From positions 31,512,757 to 31,576,756 of the forward strand of contig NC_068990.1 of the NCBI RefSeq assembly GCF_001194135.2: a stretch of DNA of 64,000 nucleotides, given 5' to 3'. The position numbers and the translations under genes are program-made. Positions 11,138 through 23,592 of the stretch are shown piece by piece (within the stretch, counting starts at the first letter, position 1; every line of letters starts with the position of its first letter). Below the pieces are notes generated by a model, which did not search any database, had not been told where the DNA came from, and saw nothing but the letters and a program-made list of their open reading frames with translations. This DNA comes from Octopus bimaculoides. Taxonomy: Eukaryota.

Positions 11138-11809
11138 CACGTCTGACTATCAAACAGCAGATGATAGAGAAAAGTACCTATGTCTATTCCTGCTGCTCAT
11201 TGGTTCAATCTCTCAGTTCATTTGTGCTCCATCATTCAGGCACACACATTCACATATAGAAGAATTTTCACATTGGAACATGTACTTAAATGCCCAGATA
11301 TACTTAAAACTGTTATATATGATTTTATATGGATATATTTATTCGACACTGCTTTGTATGACTTTATTTAACTCCTAGCTTGACCAGGCTTTGTGTACAC
11401 CAGCAAATCAACAAATATATGCTCTTCTATAAATTCATTCTTATCAGACTATGAACGACCAATTTGGTGTTTGAAGTTGACAGTGTGAAAGGGTGAAGAA
11501 AAGGCACATTCATTTCACTGTCCAATGACTTCTTTCACAACCCAATGTATTTTCACACATGTCTAGGAGAAGACATTTTCTCCAGAACTATTTTTGCAGC
11601 AAAAGATCTTTCTACCTCACATCTGAATGTACTCAAATATGTTAAATACAACTTTATATGAATATGTTTATTCAACACTGCTTCACACACACATGTGTTG
11701 ATGTAACCACAGTATTCCTATGCTCTGATGAGCTAGCTTCCTTTATTTGTATTAATTTTTTAATATACAATTGTACTGTATAATGCTGAGCATACACATT
11801 AATGCAAAT

Positions 11810-11968
11810 ATGTAGGAGTGGCTGTGATGTAAGTAGCTTGCTTACCAACCACATGGTTCCGGGTTCAGTCCCACTGCATGGCACCTTGAGCAAGTGTCTT
11901 CTACTATAGCTTCGGGCCGACCAAAGCCTTGTGAGTGGATTTGGTAGACGGAAGCTGAAAGAAGCCTG

Positions 11969-12010
<42 letters not shown>

Positions 12011-12195
12011 AACATCGCTTGACAATAGATGCTGATGTGTTTATGTCCCCATAACTTAGCAGTTTGGCAAAAGAGACCGATAGAATAAATACTAGGCCTA
12101 CAAAGAATAAGTTCTGGGGTCGATTTGTTCGACTAAAGGCAGTGGTCCATCATGGCTTCAGTCAAATGACTGAAACAAATAAAAGAATAAAAGAC
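11810..12195 (+). mobile_element. tRNA-derived CORE-type SINE (family A, OR2-like) with internal (GT)n
   Basis: Head ggagtggctgtg..gggttcagtcccactgc, CORE-like gcaccttgagcaagtgtcttct, tail cagtcaaatgactgaaacaaataaaagaataaaag; closely matches 21310-21745. Confidence 0.9.
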
Positions 12196-12224
12196 TATAT
12201 ATATATATTTGTGTGTGTGTATGC

Positions 12225-12262
<38 letters not shown>

Positions 12263-12419
12263 CTGCTGTAATCAAACAAAAGCACAATTGCATGTTAAAA
12301 AAAGTGATCTGAGGAGAGTGATAACTGATAGCGCAAAAGAGAATTACATTCTCTTTTGTGCTATCAGTTATCACTCTCTTTGGACCACTTTTTTTTAACA
12401 GCCATCCCTAATTTTTAAT

Positions 12420-13330
12420 ACCTTCCCTTCCTATTCTATTTTCCACTGATTGCCTCTTTCTGTGCCACTAGTTATCTCTCCTTTTCCCATGAGCTATATT
12501 GTAAGACTGACATAACTTTTCCTCAACACCTTCTCATATCTTTTGTCTTTCTCAACGCCTTCTCATATCTGCCATCAATACACTCCATCCTTGTCTGTCA
12601 CTATATCTACCTCTATGTACCTTTAACTTCTATCTCTGTCACTGTACATTTTTCTCTCTCTACTACACTCTAACCTCACAGATTAACTCCCTATTTCTCA
12701 TCCATCTACAGTATTATTACACTGCTGTTCCCTACCCTTTCTGTACTGTTACATACCATCACCTCCTACCGAAGCCATTCCTATTTCTTTCTTGACCTTA
12801 CCAAACTGATATTTAACATTGACCACACTTCCGCTTCCATCTTTCTTCACTATTCACTATATTCACTTTTATCCCTATCTCAAGTCATCAGTCTGTTTGT
12901 GTCGACGCCCCCAAGCGAAGAAGTAGGATCACCCAAGACATATAAATAGAGGTAGTCTGACTGTGGTAGGGAGTTGAGTAGCTGATGAGTAGCTCTTGGG
13001 TAGCAGTCGAGTAGAGATCATCCGAAGGTACAAGATAGCAGTAGCTTGAGACATAACACAATCACTTTCATCTTACACTCTTACTAAGTTACCTACCTAC
13101 ACTTCTCAATCATGTTTGTACTCTCTCTCTCTCTCTCTCTCTCTCTTATACTCACCTTCTTGTACCTTGAGAGTATGCTCTGACACCTTATTACAACCAT
13201 CTTCATCTCTCTTTCCAGCTACTTCCACCCACTCTTATATAATGCAGGTAGCCATGTATTTCCTTGTTCCTGTCTTCCTATTGTACTTTGGTCCCTCAAC
13301 ACCTGGTATATAACCATGTCCCTCTCCACT
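12420..13330 (+). repeat. Pyrimidine-rich dispersed repeat (possibly Penelope-associated)
   Basis: 13141-13310 (ctctcttatactcaccttcttgtac..ctttccagctact..ttatataatgcagg.tagccatgtat) matches the reverse complement of ~41650-41840. Confidence 0.6.
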
Positions 13331-13689
13331 ATACACCACCTCAGTCAAGGGTGCTTTTTGTTTGTTGTGTGAGTTATTTGGACACCTCACTAGTGCTGCT
13401 GCCATAGAAAAGCTCCCAGTACACTGTTCTTCAGCAAGATACTTTATTTCACGTTGCTCCAGTTCACTCAGCTGAAGAAATGTGTTGTGACATCACTGGT
13501 GTCAAGCTGTATCAGCCTTTGCCTTTCTTTTGATAACATTAGTGACATTGAGAGGTGATGCTGGTATGCATGGGCGACTGCTGGTCTTCGATAAGTGACC
13601 TTGCCTGGACTTGTACCTCGAAGAGTAACTTTCTAAGTGCAATTCCATGGTCATTCATGACCGAAGGGGGTTTTTACTCTTTTTTTACA

Positions 13690-13840
13690 CTGTTAAGTGG
13701 GTTGCATTAGGAAGAGCATACAACTATAGAAATCATGTCAAAGTAGAGAATGGAGCTTAGTGCAATCCTTCAGCTTGTCAGATCCTATTGAACCTTGTTA
13801 TCCATACCAGCATGCAAGATAGATGTTAAATGATGATGAT
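13690..13840 (+). mobile_element. RTE-type 3' tail
   Basis: gggttgcattaggaagagcatacaactatagaaa..ccataccagcatgcaagatagatgttaaatgatgatgat. Confidence 0.65.
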
Positions 13841-13860
13841 AATGTATATGTGTACATATG

Positions 13861-14620
13861 CAGGGTGCGATGGGTAAATTGTCACTATTTTATATTTTTA
13901 ATTTCACGCAAGCACATTATTTGTTTTTGATTTTGTCACCTACACAGTATAGGAGGGTTAGTTGGGCATCATCTGTGAGAAAAACAGCACCATGACGCAA
14001 TTCAGTCTGCCAGAAATTTGGAAACGACATGCTGTACTGCATGGCATTCATGCCAGAAGCTCCAATACGAACAGATGGTGAACACACAGAACAACCGTTG
14101 GCTTGCTGTGTCCCCAAAACATGTACCAAGAGTGATAAAAATCAAGCTTCCAGTTAACATTATGGTGTTTGGAGTGATCACTAGTGATGGTGACGTTATG
14201 CCTCCAGTCATCTTCCCATACGACCTCAGACTCAACAGGGAGGCCTACATCAATTGCCTGGAGTACCACCCTAGGTCAAGAGGATGGCTGTTGAAAGATG
14301 CTATGTCTGGCAACAAGACTCTGCACCAAGCCACACAAGCAGGAGAACCCAGTCATGACTGTCAGCCAATTTCTGCGACCACATCACTCCTAACATCTGG
14401 CCACCTAACTCCCCAGGCTGCAACCCCCTTGCTTATTATGAGTGGGGTGCAGTTGAGAGAGAGACCAACAAAACTCTTGTAACACCAAAGATGAACTGAC
14501 GGCAAGGATTATGGCAGGACTGACCAACTTACATAAGAAGACTGTCCAGAAGAGTTGCAAGAGATACCAAAGTCATCTGGGGACCATGGTTAAAGCCAAT
14601 GGCAATTTTATTGAATAAAT
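13861..14620 (+). mobile_element. maT (DD37D) transposon relic with N-terminal deletion
   Basis: Left end cagggtgcgatgggtaaattgtc. QMVNTQNNRWLA..VP.V.K.K.P..IMVFGVITSDGDVMPP.IFP..LRLN.EAY; after a frameshift WQQDSAPSHTSRRTQS*LSANFCDHITPNIWPPNSPGCNPLAYY.WGAVERETNK, with 37 aa between D2 and the (mutated) D3 position. Confidence 0.85.
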
Positions 14621-14705
14621 TTATTCTTTAGTATTTCAAGATATTTTTAAGAAATTTGGGTAAATATATCTGTTTAAATGAGACGTCAGAAATTTTTAAT
14701 CATAA

Positions 14706-14979
14706 AAACATCTTTCTGGTACAAGTTTAAATGATTTTCTTGTAAGGTATGAATTTTTTTATAAAAAAAATCTATCACAATTCAGAATTGTTTTAGCAGA
14801 AAGTGTCCATATCTGTTTTTGAGCTTAATGGTTTGATCATATACAAAGAAAATGAAAAGTTAGTGTGCACCACATGTTTTCAATTGACTTACAAATGCAT
14901 GAGAAATACAGTCAATAAAGTATTAAGAGATATTTCAATGAGTGAGTGCATTGTAATAGCTTTGAAACATGAAGTAGAA
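14706..14979 (+). mobile_element. Copia-type gag fragment (second copy), cut by an assembly gap
   Basis: Highly similar to ~20718-20950; LSGTSLNDFLVRYEF.YK and EKLVCTTCFQLTYKCMRNTVNKVLRD. Confidence 0.65.
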
Positions 14980-15342
14980 NNNNNNNNNNNNNNNNNNNNN
15001 NNNNNNNNNNNNNNNNNNNNNNNNNNNNNNNNNNNNNNNNNNNNNNNNNNNNNNNNNNNNNNNNNNNNNNNNNNNNNNNNNNNNNNNNNNNNNNNNNNNN
15101 NNNNNNNNNNNNNNNNNNNNNNNNNNNNNNNNNNNNNNNNNNNNNNNNNNNNNNNNNNNNNNNNNNNNNNNNNNNNNNNNNNNNNNNNNNNNNNNNNNNN
15201 NNNNNNNNNNNNNNNNNNNNNNCATACACACACACACACACACATGCACACACACATACAAACATGAGCAATAAATTTTATTTCACTTTTATTTTATTTT
15301 ATTCATTATATAATTTTACTCTTATATACTATAATTCATTAT

Positions 15343-15383
<41 letters not shown>

Positions 15384-15769
15384 GAATTAAAAAATAAAAG
15401 TAATAATTTTAACACATGCATGCACACACACATACACACACACACATAATAAACAAGATTATATATTCTGAGTATACTGGAGTATTCCAATGGATCATAA
15501 AGTAATCTTTGTATTGACCTCTGGTACACTTTGATGATTTTCCACCCAAGGTATTTTAAAATGCAAGATTATATATTTATATATGTTTTGTAGTTTTAAT
15601 TTTGGTTGAGAAATAAAGCAATTGTAGGTGGAGATGTTAATTAATTAATGAATTAATTTGTATCCATTAGATCTCTCCATTTCCAAACTTAATAATAATA
15701 TTTGATATTTTATGATATTTTATATAATATACTCATTGAAGAAATATCTCTTCAAAATACAATATATCA

Positions 15770-17830
15770 AATCAGTGTATCTTGGATAAAAACATCCTTA
15801 TAAGAGGTCTAAATATCCTTATAGTGACTATATATATATATATATTTGAGAACACAGTCTCCCACATATGGTCAAAACACACACCCTCACGACTTATAAA
15901 TAACAGTCGATGTAGGATTCCAAAACAGAGAAAAGCACTCATCAGGAGAATAAAAAGAATAAACTTATAAATCAATACTGTAAAAACACCATCAGAGGCA
16001 CCCTCAATTGAGAACGAGCTGCAGAGGAAGCCTGGGCTATTAAAAACATCAAGAATTATCCTAAGGTCTTTTACTCCTTTGCAAAAACACATAGGATCCC
16101 AGTTTCCTCTATTGGCCCTCTGGTTGAGAGAAATGGCATCCTTCACAGTGATGCCAAAGATACGGCTGAGATCCTGCAAAGTCAATACTGCTCTGTTTTC
16201 AGTGATCCTGATTTAGTTGGCTCAAGCAGTTTTGCTTCATTGAATCCTCAACATGCCCTTTCCAACATAACCTTCGACACCACTGATATCCTAGCAGCAA
16301 TAAAAGAAATCAAACCTGATTCAGCAGTGGATCCGGACAGGTTCCCTGCTAGAGTGCTGAAGGAATGCACACAGCAACTTGCAGCTCCTCTTACAAATCT
16401 CTGGAGGAAATCACTGGTTGCTGCTTTTATCCCTCAAAACCTTCTCTCCCAGTCAGTCGTTCCTATCTTTAAAAAAGGGAATAAATTGCTCCCTGTAAAC
16501 TACCGTCCAATCTCTCTCACCTCACATATCATCAAAGTATTTGAATGAGTGATGAGATCAAGAATAACAGTCTTCCGAGAACAAAACCTTCTAAATTCCA
16601 GCCAGCATGGCTTTTGTGATGGGAGTGACTGTCTAACACAGCTCCTCCACCACTTTGATGACATCTTAAATGTACTGAGGGCTCCAACACTGATGTTATA
16701 TACCTTGATTTCAGCAAGGCCTTTGACAGAGTCGACCACAATATACTGTTAAAGAAACTATCCAATGCTGGAGTCTGTGGAATGCTACTTCAATGGATTA
16801 GGTATTTCGTAACAAACAGGACTCAGTATGCTGGTATCCACCCAAGACCAGCAAAAATGTCATCAGTGGAGTCCTGCAGGGTGCTGTGCTGGGTCCACTT
16901 CTTTTTATTTTCTATATCAATGACATTGCAGATTCCATTGAACATAGCACCATTAAAACATTTGCAGATGACTCTAAGCATATGATCGAACAATGCTTCA
17001 ATTGGACCTATGCGCAGTAACCCAGTGGGCACAGAAAACAATATGCAGTTGAACGAAGAAAAATCTGAGTTCATCCACTTTGGGAGAGAGGGCACACTCA
17101 AACAACCATACACACTATCGTTGAGAGACCTACTTGAACTGTTGGATAATATCAGAGACTTAGGTGTAACTGTCGACAGCAACCTTAGCTAGAGTGTGCC
17201 CATCAACAAAAAAAGTCAATGTTGCCTGCAGAATGTGCTCATGGATCCTCAGAACTTTTCAATCTAGGGATCATGAAACCATCATCCTTCTCTTCTTCAC
17301 ATTCACAGGTCCCCACCTTGAATACTGCTGCCTATTGTGGTTCCTCTACAAAAAACAAGACATAATGAAGATCGAAGCACCACAAAGATCAATCACTAAA
17401 AAAATAAATGGCATGACATGACTTGATCTTTGGGTTCGACTTAAACAGCTGAAACTCTATTCTCTGCAACACTGCCATGAGCGATACATTATTTGCACCA
17501 CGTGGAAAATATTCCACTAATATTATCCAAATAATATCGGTATTATGTTTACAATTCACCCAAGACTAGGCCTCCATGCAATGCGTCCCCTACAAAGGTC
17601 AAGATCATAACATTGCAACAAAAAGATACCACAACTTTCAAACAATACCTAGACAAATTCCTTCAGGAAATACTGGATAAACCACCTACACCTGGATATA
17701 TCACATCCAACAACAAATTTCTGCTTGAGTGGTTCATGGCATCCCAAAATAATTAACAAAACACTTTTCCAGATGATGCTATTGAGTTAGTTATAGCCTG
17801 GGCCAATAATGGCTGAAACCAATCTAAGTT
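15770..17830 (+). mobile_element. CR1-group LINE ORF2 relic (RT domain and 3' end)
   Basis: PDRFPARVLKEC..QLAAPL..LWRKSL, VVPIFKKGNK..PVNYRPISLTSHIIKVFE, SQHGF, YLDFSKAFDRVDH, QG.VLGPLLF..YIND, FADDSK, RDLGV.VD.NL, LEYC..LW, QR..TKKI.G; short tandem tail tctaagtta. Confidence 0.9.
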
Positions 17831-17837
17831 ATCTAAG

Positions 17838-17881
<44 letters not shown>

Positions 17882-17944
17882 NNNNNNNNNNNNNNNNNNN
17901 NNNNNNNNNNNNNNNNNNNNNNNNNNNNNNNNNNNNNNNNNNNN

Positions 17945-17990
<46 letters not shown>

Positions 17991-18732
17991 AAGCATATAT
18001 AGGTAAACCAGAAAGAACAACATCAAAGATAATTTTCTAGTTGTCTATATGTATTAAAAGGCTTGCATTGTTTAAAATATCCTTATTCCCAAAGTTTCAT
18101 TCTTATTTATTCCATCTTCGTTTCCAGTATCTGTGTATTAGGAAAACTCACTGAAATTTTTGGGAAACTTACTATCAAATTCATTGTTGTGTACTTATAA
18201 CAAAGATGCAATGTTATATTTTGTGTGATGTGACTACTTTCTTGAACTTGACATGTTAAGTAAGTCAAGGACATTAAAGATAAAGCACATAACAGAAGTA
18301 AATATAACTAGGATACTGGGCAGTTTACTCATGTTCTTATCACAAGCCCATTTTGGAAATAAAACAATAACATGCTGACATTTTATAATGCATAATATTC
18401 ATGAAAAGGCCATATCTGTCACTTTGATGGTTTATGTATGTTGCACTAGCGCTAAAAATAACATTGTCAGGTTGCATTAAGAGCAAAGCTGCTTTCTCCA
18501 TTATAGTATAGATAGAATATCATTAAACCATCCCAGGCATAGACTGACATCAATGCTTTAAAGGCATCATTGCATATTAGGCAATGCTAAACACACCATA
18601 TAAAGATTTAAACAATCTTCTCCCTCTCAAGGGTTGAAAGAATGAAGTGTAAGTACTAAAACTTTAATGTTCACACACACACACACTCTCTCCCTCTCAA
18701 TCACACACACACACATGCATATGCACATGTAT

Positions 18733-18767
<35 letters not shown>

Positions 18768-20489
18768 TAACAATCACTAAGTTGATTTTGAACAGTTTGT
18801 TTCAGAGAGATATATGAAATCTCACTTTTTCAAACAATATCTATATTATGTTTCTCTTAATTGTTGAGAACAATCAAGACTTTCTTTCATTTACAGACTA
18901 TTTTTCTTTATTAATTCTAGAATTTAAAGGGTCCTAATGAAATTATAAGTGTTGTACTTCATTATCATTTTATCAATTTCATATTCTTTTAATAATATAA
19001 GAACAATTATGGTGAGTTTTCTGTTCTAGTTATTTCACCGTTCAATAACAATCTTGCCTTTTAATTTGTGCCAATTGTAGGTATCAACCAAACTTATAAA
19101 TAACAGTCTATTTTATTCTAATTAGTACTCAATACCTACTAAACTTAACCAAGATCTTAGTTTTCTCAAGAACAACATTATTATTTCAAATCCTAGGTAG
19201 TTTATTCAATGAAATAAGCATGATCTTTTCAACTTGCATGTGATGTTTGTCTTTTGCTTTTGAAATCAGACATTTGGCATTCATTTTAGTGTAACATAAG
19301 ACTGAAATTTTCTACATTTTATATGATGAACACATTGAACTATCTATGTTAATATTGATTAGATTGTTGTATTTTAAGGAATCCAATTAGGACATCATGT
19401 ACAACCATTTCTACCTTCTTAGTCAACATATACTGATCTCCACTAGTTGGGAAAAGACAAACTAACTTATAGCCTGATCAAAGCTCATAACTTGCAATAA
19501 CTATACCGAAAACAAATATGACAGCAACAGTAATACTAATAACAAGTTCACATAAGGTATACCACTATTCTGTATATCCTTCTTTCACAAACATAACTTT
19601 TTCTTTTCAGTCTAGTTCTCTATTGTGATTAAGTCATGACTGGCTATTCTCTGTTACACCAATGCAATTAAATGTGATGGTATTTTTTACATGAACTGAA
19701 TTGTTTTCGTCTGTGGATGTTATAAATGGTATTAGTTGCTTCACAAGCAGTGTTAAGGTTGGCAAACACAATGTTATTTACAGCAGTAACAGAGAACACC
19801 AACTTAATCTTATATGAAATTTGTTTATTAATTTTTTTTTAAAGTTTATAGTAACTGAAGGTTTCTCTTGATAAACTTTTCTGTTGAAGACATTGTATAC
19901 CCGACTACAGCAGTTTTGTAACTGAGAAGAACCTTTTGCGAATATAAGTCAAAAAAAGTAATTCTAAGATAATAATATTTCAATGCTTGCTCTATTGCTT
20001 GAACTGTCATTTATACCTTGGGATGATGATGTTGATTCTAATTTATTGCAACGATGTAAGTTAAGGAATTGTTTTTAAAAGAGAAATTCAGTAATGTTAC
20101 TAGAGATTAGAGAGAGCCTTTGTATGCTTGCACAATCTGCAAAAAATAGCAACCAAATCTCTTTCAGATCAAAAAGAGGATATAGATAACATGATCATTG
20201 GGGTTAATATTGAGCTGGCTCTATTGATATAAGAACACAATGTCTGGAAAATGAATGCTGTGTTGTGATTTGAAGTAAAATATGTATGAAAGACTTTAAA
20301 TGTTTGTTGACCACTGGTAAACACTTGGTTGCCTGGCAAATTAACGCTTTTCACCAGCAAGATATATAATGTTTCTTGTTTAGTGAACTGAAGTATGGAT
20401 TGGAAGTAACCTGCAATGAGAAATATTATTTTTTGAACACAGATGAATGTAACCCCCCCCCCCAAAAAAAAAATTATATCTAATTTTAC

Positions 20490-21472
20490 AAAACAAGCTT
20501 ATATAAAGAGAATGACTATCAATCATGGTGTCAAGATTTAGAAGTCTAGTTTCTGTATATGGATCTGAAGATTTTCTTAATCCCCATAAAAATGTTTGTG
20601 ACTGTCTTAGAAATTTAAAAACACACGAAACTGGACAAGAAAATGAGTTGAGACTAATTATAGAGAAGTGCAATAATAATTACGAAGACAAAAAGTGACA
20701 TTTAAAGAATTTTTTTCAAACAAACGTCTTTCTAGTACAAGTTTAAATGATTTTCTTGTAAGATATGAATTTCTTTATAAAAAATATCATCACAATTCAG
20801 AATTGTTTTACCAGAAAGTATCCAGACCTTTCTTGAGTTGGTATGTATCACATGTTTTCAATTGACTTACAAATGCATGAGAAATACACTCAATAAAGTA
20901 TTAAGAGATATTTCAATGAGTGAATGCATTGTACTAGTGTTAAACATGAGCTAAGGACAGTTAACTTCAGCTATTGTAGCTCAGATAGAAAAATACAGCA
21001 AAGACACTGTTAGAGAGGGAGTGGTAACAATTGTCAATTTTACTGTGATATTAGGTCAAATCCTACAGAGAGGAATAGTAGGATTATGAGATGCTTTAAA
21101 TAAAAGTCAATTTAACGTTTTGTCAACGATTGTCATCTAAATCATATTAACGAAGTTGTTGAATTTTATTAATTGCATGTGGTTTTAGGTCATGTTGAAA
21201 CGCCTGCTGAAAATATTCTGATTAACAACTCATACAGACAGGTGTCTGCTCTGGTAAAAGAGAGACTTTGTTCAGCTTTTATCTCTTATAATTGCTGGAG
21301 AACTCTATAGGCGCAGGAGTGGCTGTGTGGTAAGTAGCTTGCTTACCAACCACATGGTTCCGGGTTCAGTCCCACTGCATGGCACTTTGGGCAAGTGTCT
21401 TCTACTATAGCCTCGGGCTGACCAAAGCCTTGTGAGTGGATTTGGTAGACAGAAACTGAAAGAAGACCGTCG

Positions 21473-21535
<63 letters not shown>

Positions 21536-22577
21536 TTGTGTGTCTGTGTTTGTCCCCCCCAACATCGCTTGACAACCAATGCTGGTGTGTTTACGTCCCC
21601 GTAACATAGCAGTTCGGCAAAAGAGACCGATAGAATAAGTACTAGGCTTACAAAGAATAAGTCCTGGGGTCGATTTGCTTGACTAAAAAGGTGATGCTCC
21701 AGCATGGCCACAGTCAAATGACTGAAACAAGTAAAAGAGTGAAAGAGAAGTGTTTCTTTGTGCCGTGAGTGATAGAGATAAAGCCTTGGTTAAGATTAAT
21801 AAATCCAACAGAAGTTTTTGTTTTGGTAGTGGAATGATAGTTATGTGTATTAAGATGGTCAAGTTTTGAGTTACTCTAATAGTGGGTATCAGAGCATATA
21901 TTGAAGTTGTTATTGCAAAAATTGATTTACCTCTTTTTTTTTTAGGTTATAGATCTATGAAAATTGGTGGCATGGTGTTGGATTTTAAAAGTTATTATAG
22001 CTGGATTTTGGATAGATCTGTCCTTAGTTCAGGAGGGTAAAACCTTCTGAGATGATGCATTTCAACAATTAGTCAAGGAAATCTGTGACACTTGTCTGAT
22101 TTGTTTTCAGTTTAGAAGACCTCTTGTAGGACCAGTGTTGGGATTGCCTTTTGGGAATAAGCTTAATGACAGAGTTTATCTTGATCTGAAGAAGTATATT
22201 CACAACAAGTCTGGGATTCTGCCTTGTTTTGATGCTGATACTTGATATGCTGCTCCCAGATTAATTAAAGCAAAGAAACTAGAAGAGATCATTAAGAATA
22301 TGTTTCTCATGTAGATATTTGATCTTGTAATTCCTAGCTGTTTTTTAACTTACAATAAGTGTGAGTTTAACAATGATTATTACAAAAAGACGAATAAGGA
22401 ATATTGAAAACTACTGCTGTTGCAAACATTTAGTAATGGAACTGTGGAGCTTCACAGCTTGATGGTGGTAGAAACAATGCAAAAAAAAAAAAACACTCAG
22501 AAGATGAGAAATTTGAGCAAGAGATAGCCCTGACATGCACTATTAGTGTGAAAAATGCTAAATTCAAAGCCATGTAA
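20490..22577 (+). mobile_element. Ty1/Copia-type LTR retrotransposon relic (gag-protease-integrase), interrupted by a SINE
   Basis: gag: FKEFFSNKRLSSTSLNDFLVRYEFLYK..LTYKCMRNTLNKV. Protease: SNRSFCFGSG..IEVV...DLPL..SMK.GGMVLDF. Integrase: LVKEICDTCLIC..RRP.VGP.LGLP...LNDRV.LDLK..FDADT*YAA.RLIK.KK.EEI..FLT.N..EFNN..FSNGTVE.H. Integrase follows protease with no RT between them. Confidence 0.75.
21310..21745 (+). mobile_element. CORE-type SINE (family A) inserted in the Copia protease region
   Basis: ggcgcaggagtggctgtgtggtaag..gggttcagtccc..ggcactttgggcaagtgtcttct..(TA)n(GT)n..gtcaaatgactgaaacaagtaaaagag. Confidence 0.92.
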
Positions 22578-23384
22578 ATAAATAAACATTACAATTAACA
22601 GAGTAATCTAAATAGTAAAGAGTTAATGTTGCTAAATGGCTGGTTGTTATGTAAATGGCTATTAACTGAATCAATTGTATCTGTTTATATGGATAGTTGA
22701 ATTTTTTGCGACATATAAAATCTTCTAGAGTTGCTAAAGTTTAACCCTAAAATTATGTAGATGTTTAAAGCAAGGTAATATATGATGAAAAACACTTGAC
22801 AGCTGTACCTGGTCAAGGTCTCAGTTTAATTGCATTAAACAGCACATACTTAAGAGCAGTATGCTCATTCTACATACATTATCTGTGACCTTTATCCTTT
22901 ATAATAAGTGAATTTTGTCTATTGTCATTTCCTTTATTTAGAAGAGACCAATTAGTTTCCCTCTTTAAGAACATTTTTATTTGAAGCAAAACACAAGTAA
23001 CATTTAGTGAAAGATAATGTAACTTATGAGAATGAATCAAAATATTTTTACACTCTGAAAGAAAAGTAAAACTAACCCTAAGGTTTATTTTAATTGTACT
23101 TAAAGTGCTGAGAATATTATTTGCTATGTCCTGTGATAGAGCCATACAGCAAGATAGAACTTGGAACGATGTAGTTATAAAGTAAATTATGTATCTACAC
23201 AGCCATGTCTGATACTAGAACAAATATACACAGTGATGTACAAGTGACAGGTATGGCTGTGTGGATACAGAGTTTGCATGAACACGTACATGTATGAATG
23301 CATACATCCATCTGTTTATTTGTTTATCAATCCATCCATCCATCCGTCCATACAAACTTAAGGCATAAATAAAAAATGCATACA

Positions 23385-23592
23385 TAATTCTTCCTACACT
23401 AGGCACTGGACTTGAAATCGTGGTGAGATGGGGATAGTTGATTATATCAATCCCAGTGCTCAACTGGTACTTATTTTATTGATCCCCAAGAGATGAACAG
23501 GCGATCTTACTAGAATTTGAACTCAGACTGGAAAGCCAGAAGAAATGCTACAAAATTGTGTCTAGTAATGCTAACAACTCTGCCAGCTCATT
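23385..23592 (-). mobile_element. tRNA-derived SINE (family B)
   Basis: Reverse complement of family B motifs: ggtacttattttattgatcccc, gaatttgaactcaga, ctgccagctca. Confidence 0.75.

Noticed and set aside
20169-20411. 82-codon minus-strand frame after the acceptor atttctcattgcag (GYFQSILQFTKQ..ISSF*)
   Set aside because: No recognisable homology and no strong donor; it lies beside the Copia relic, and a frame of this length can arise by chance in 64 kb.
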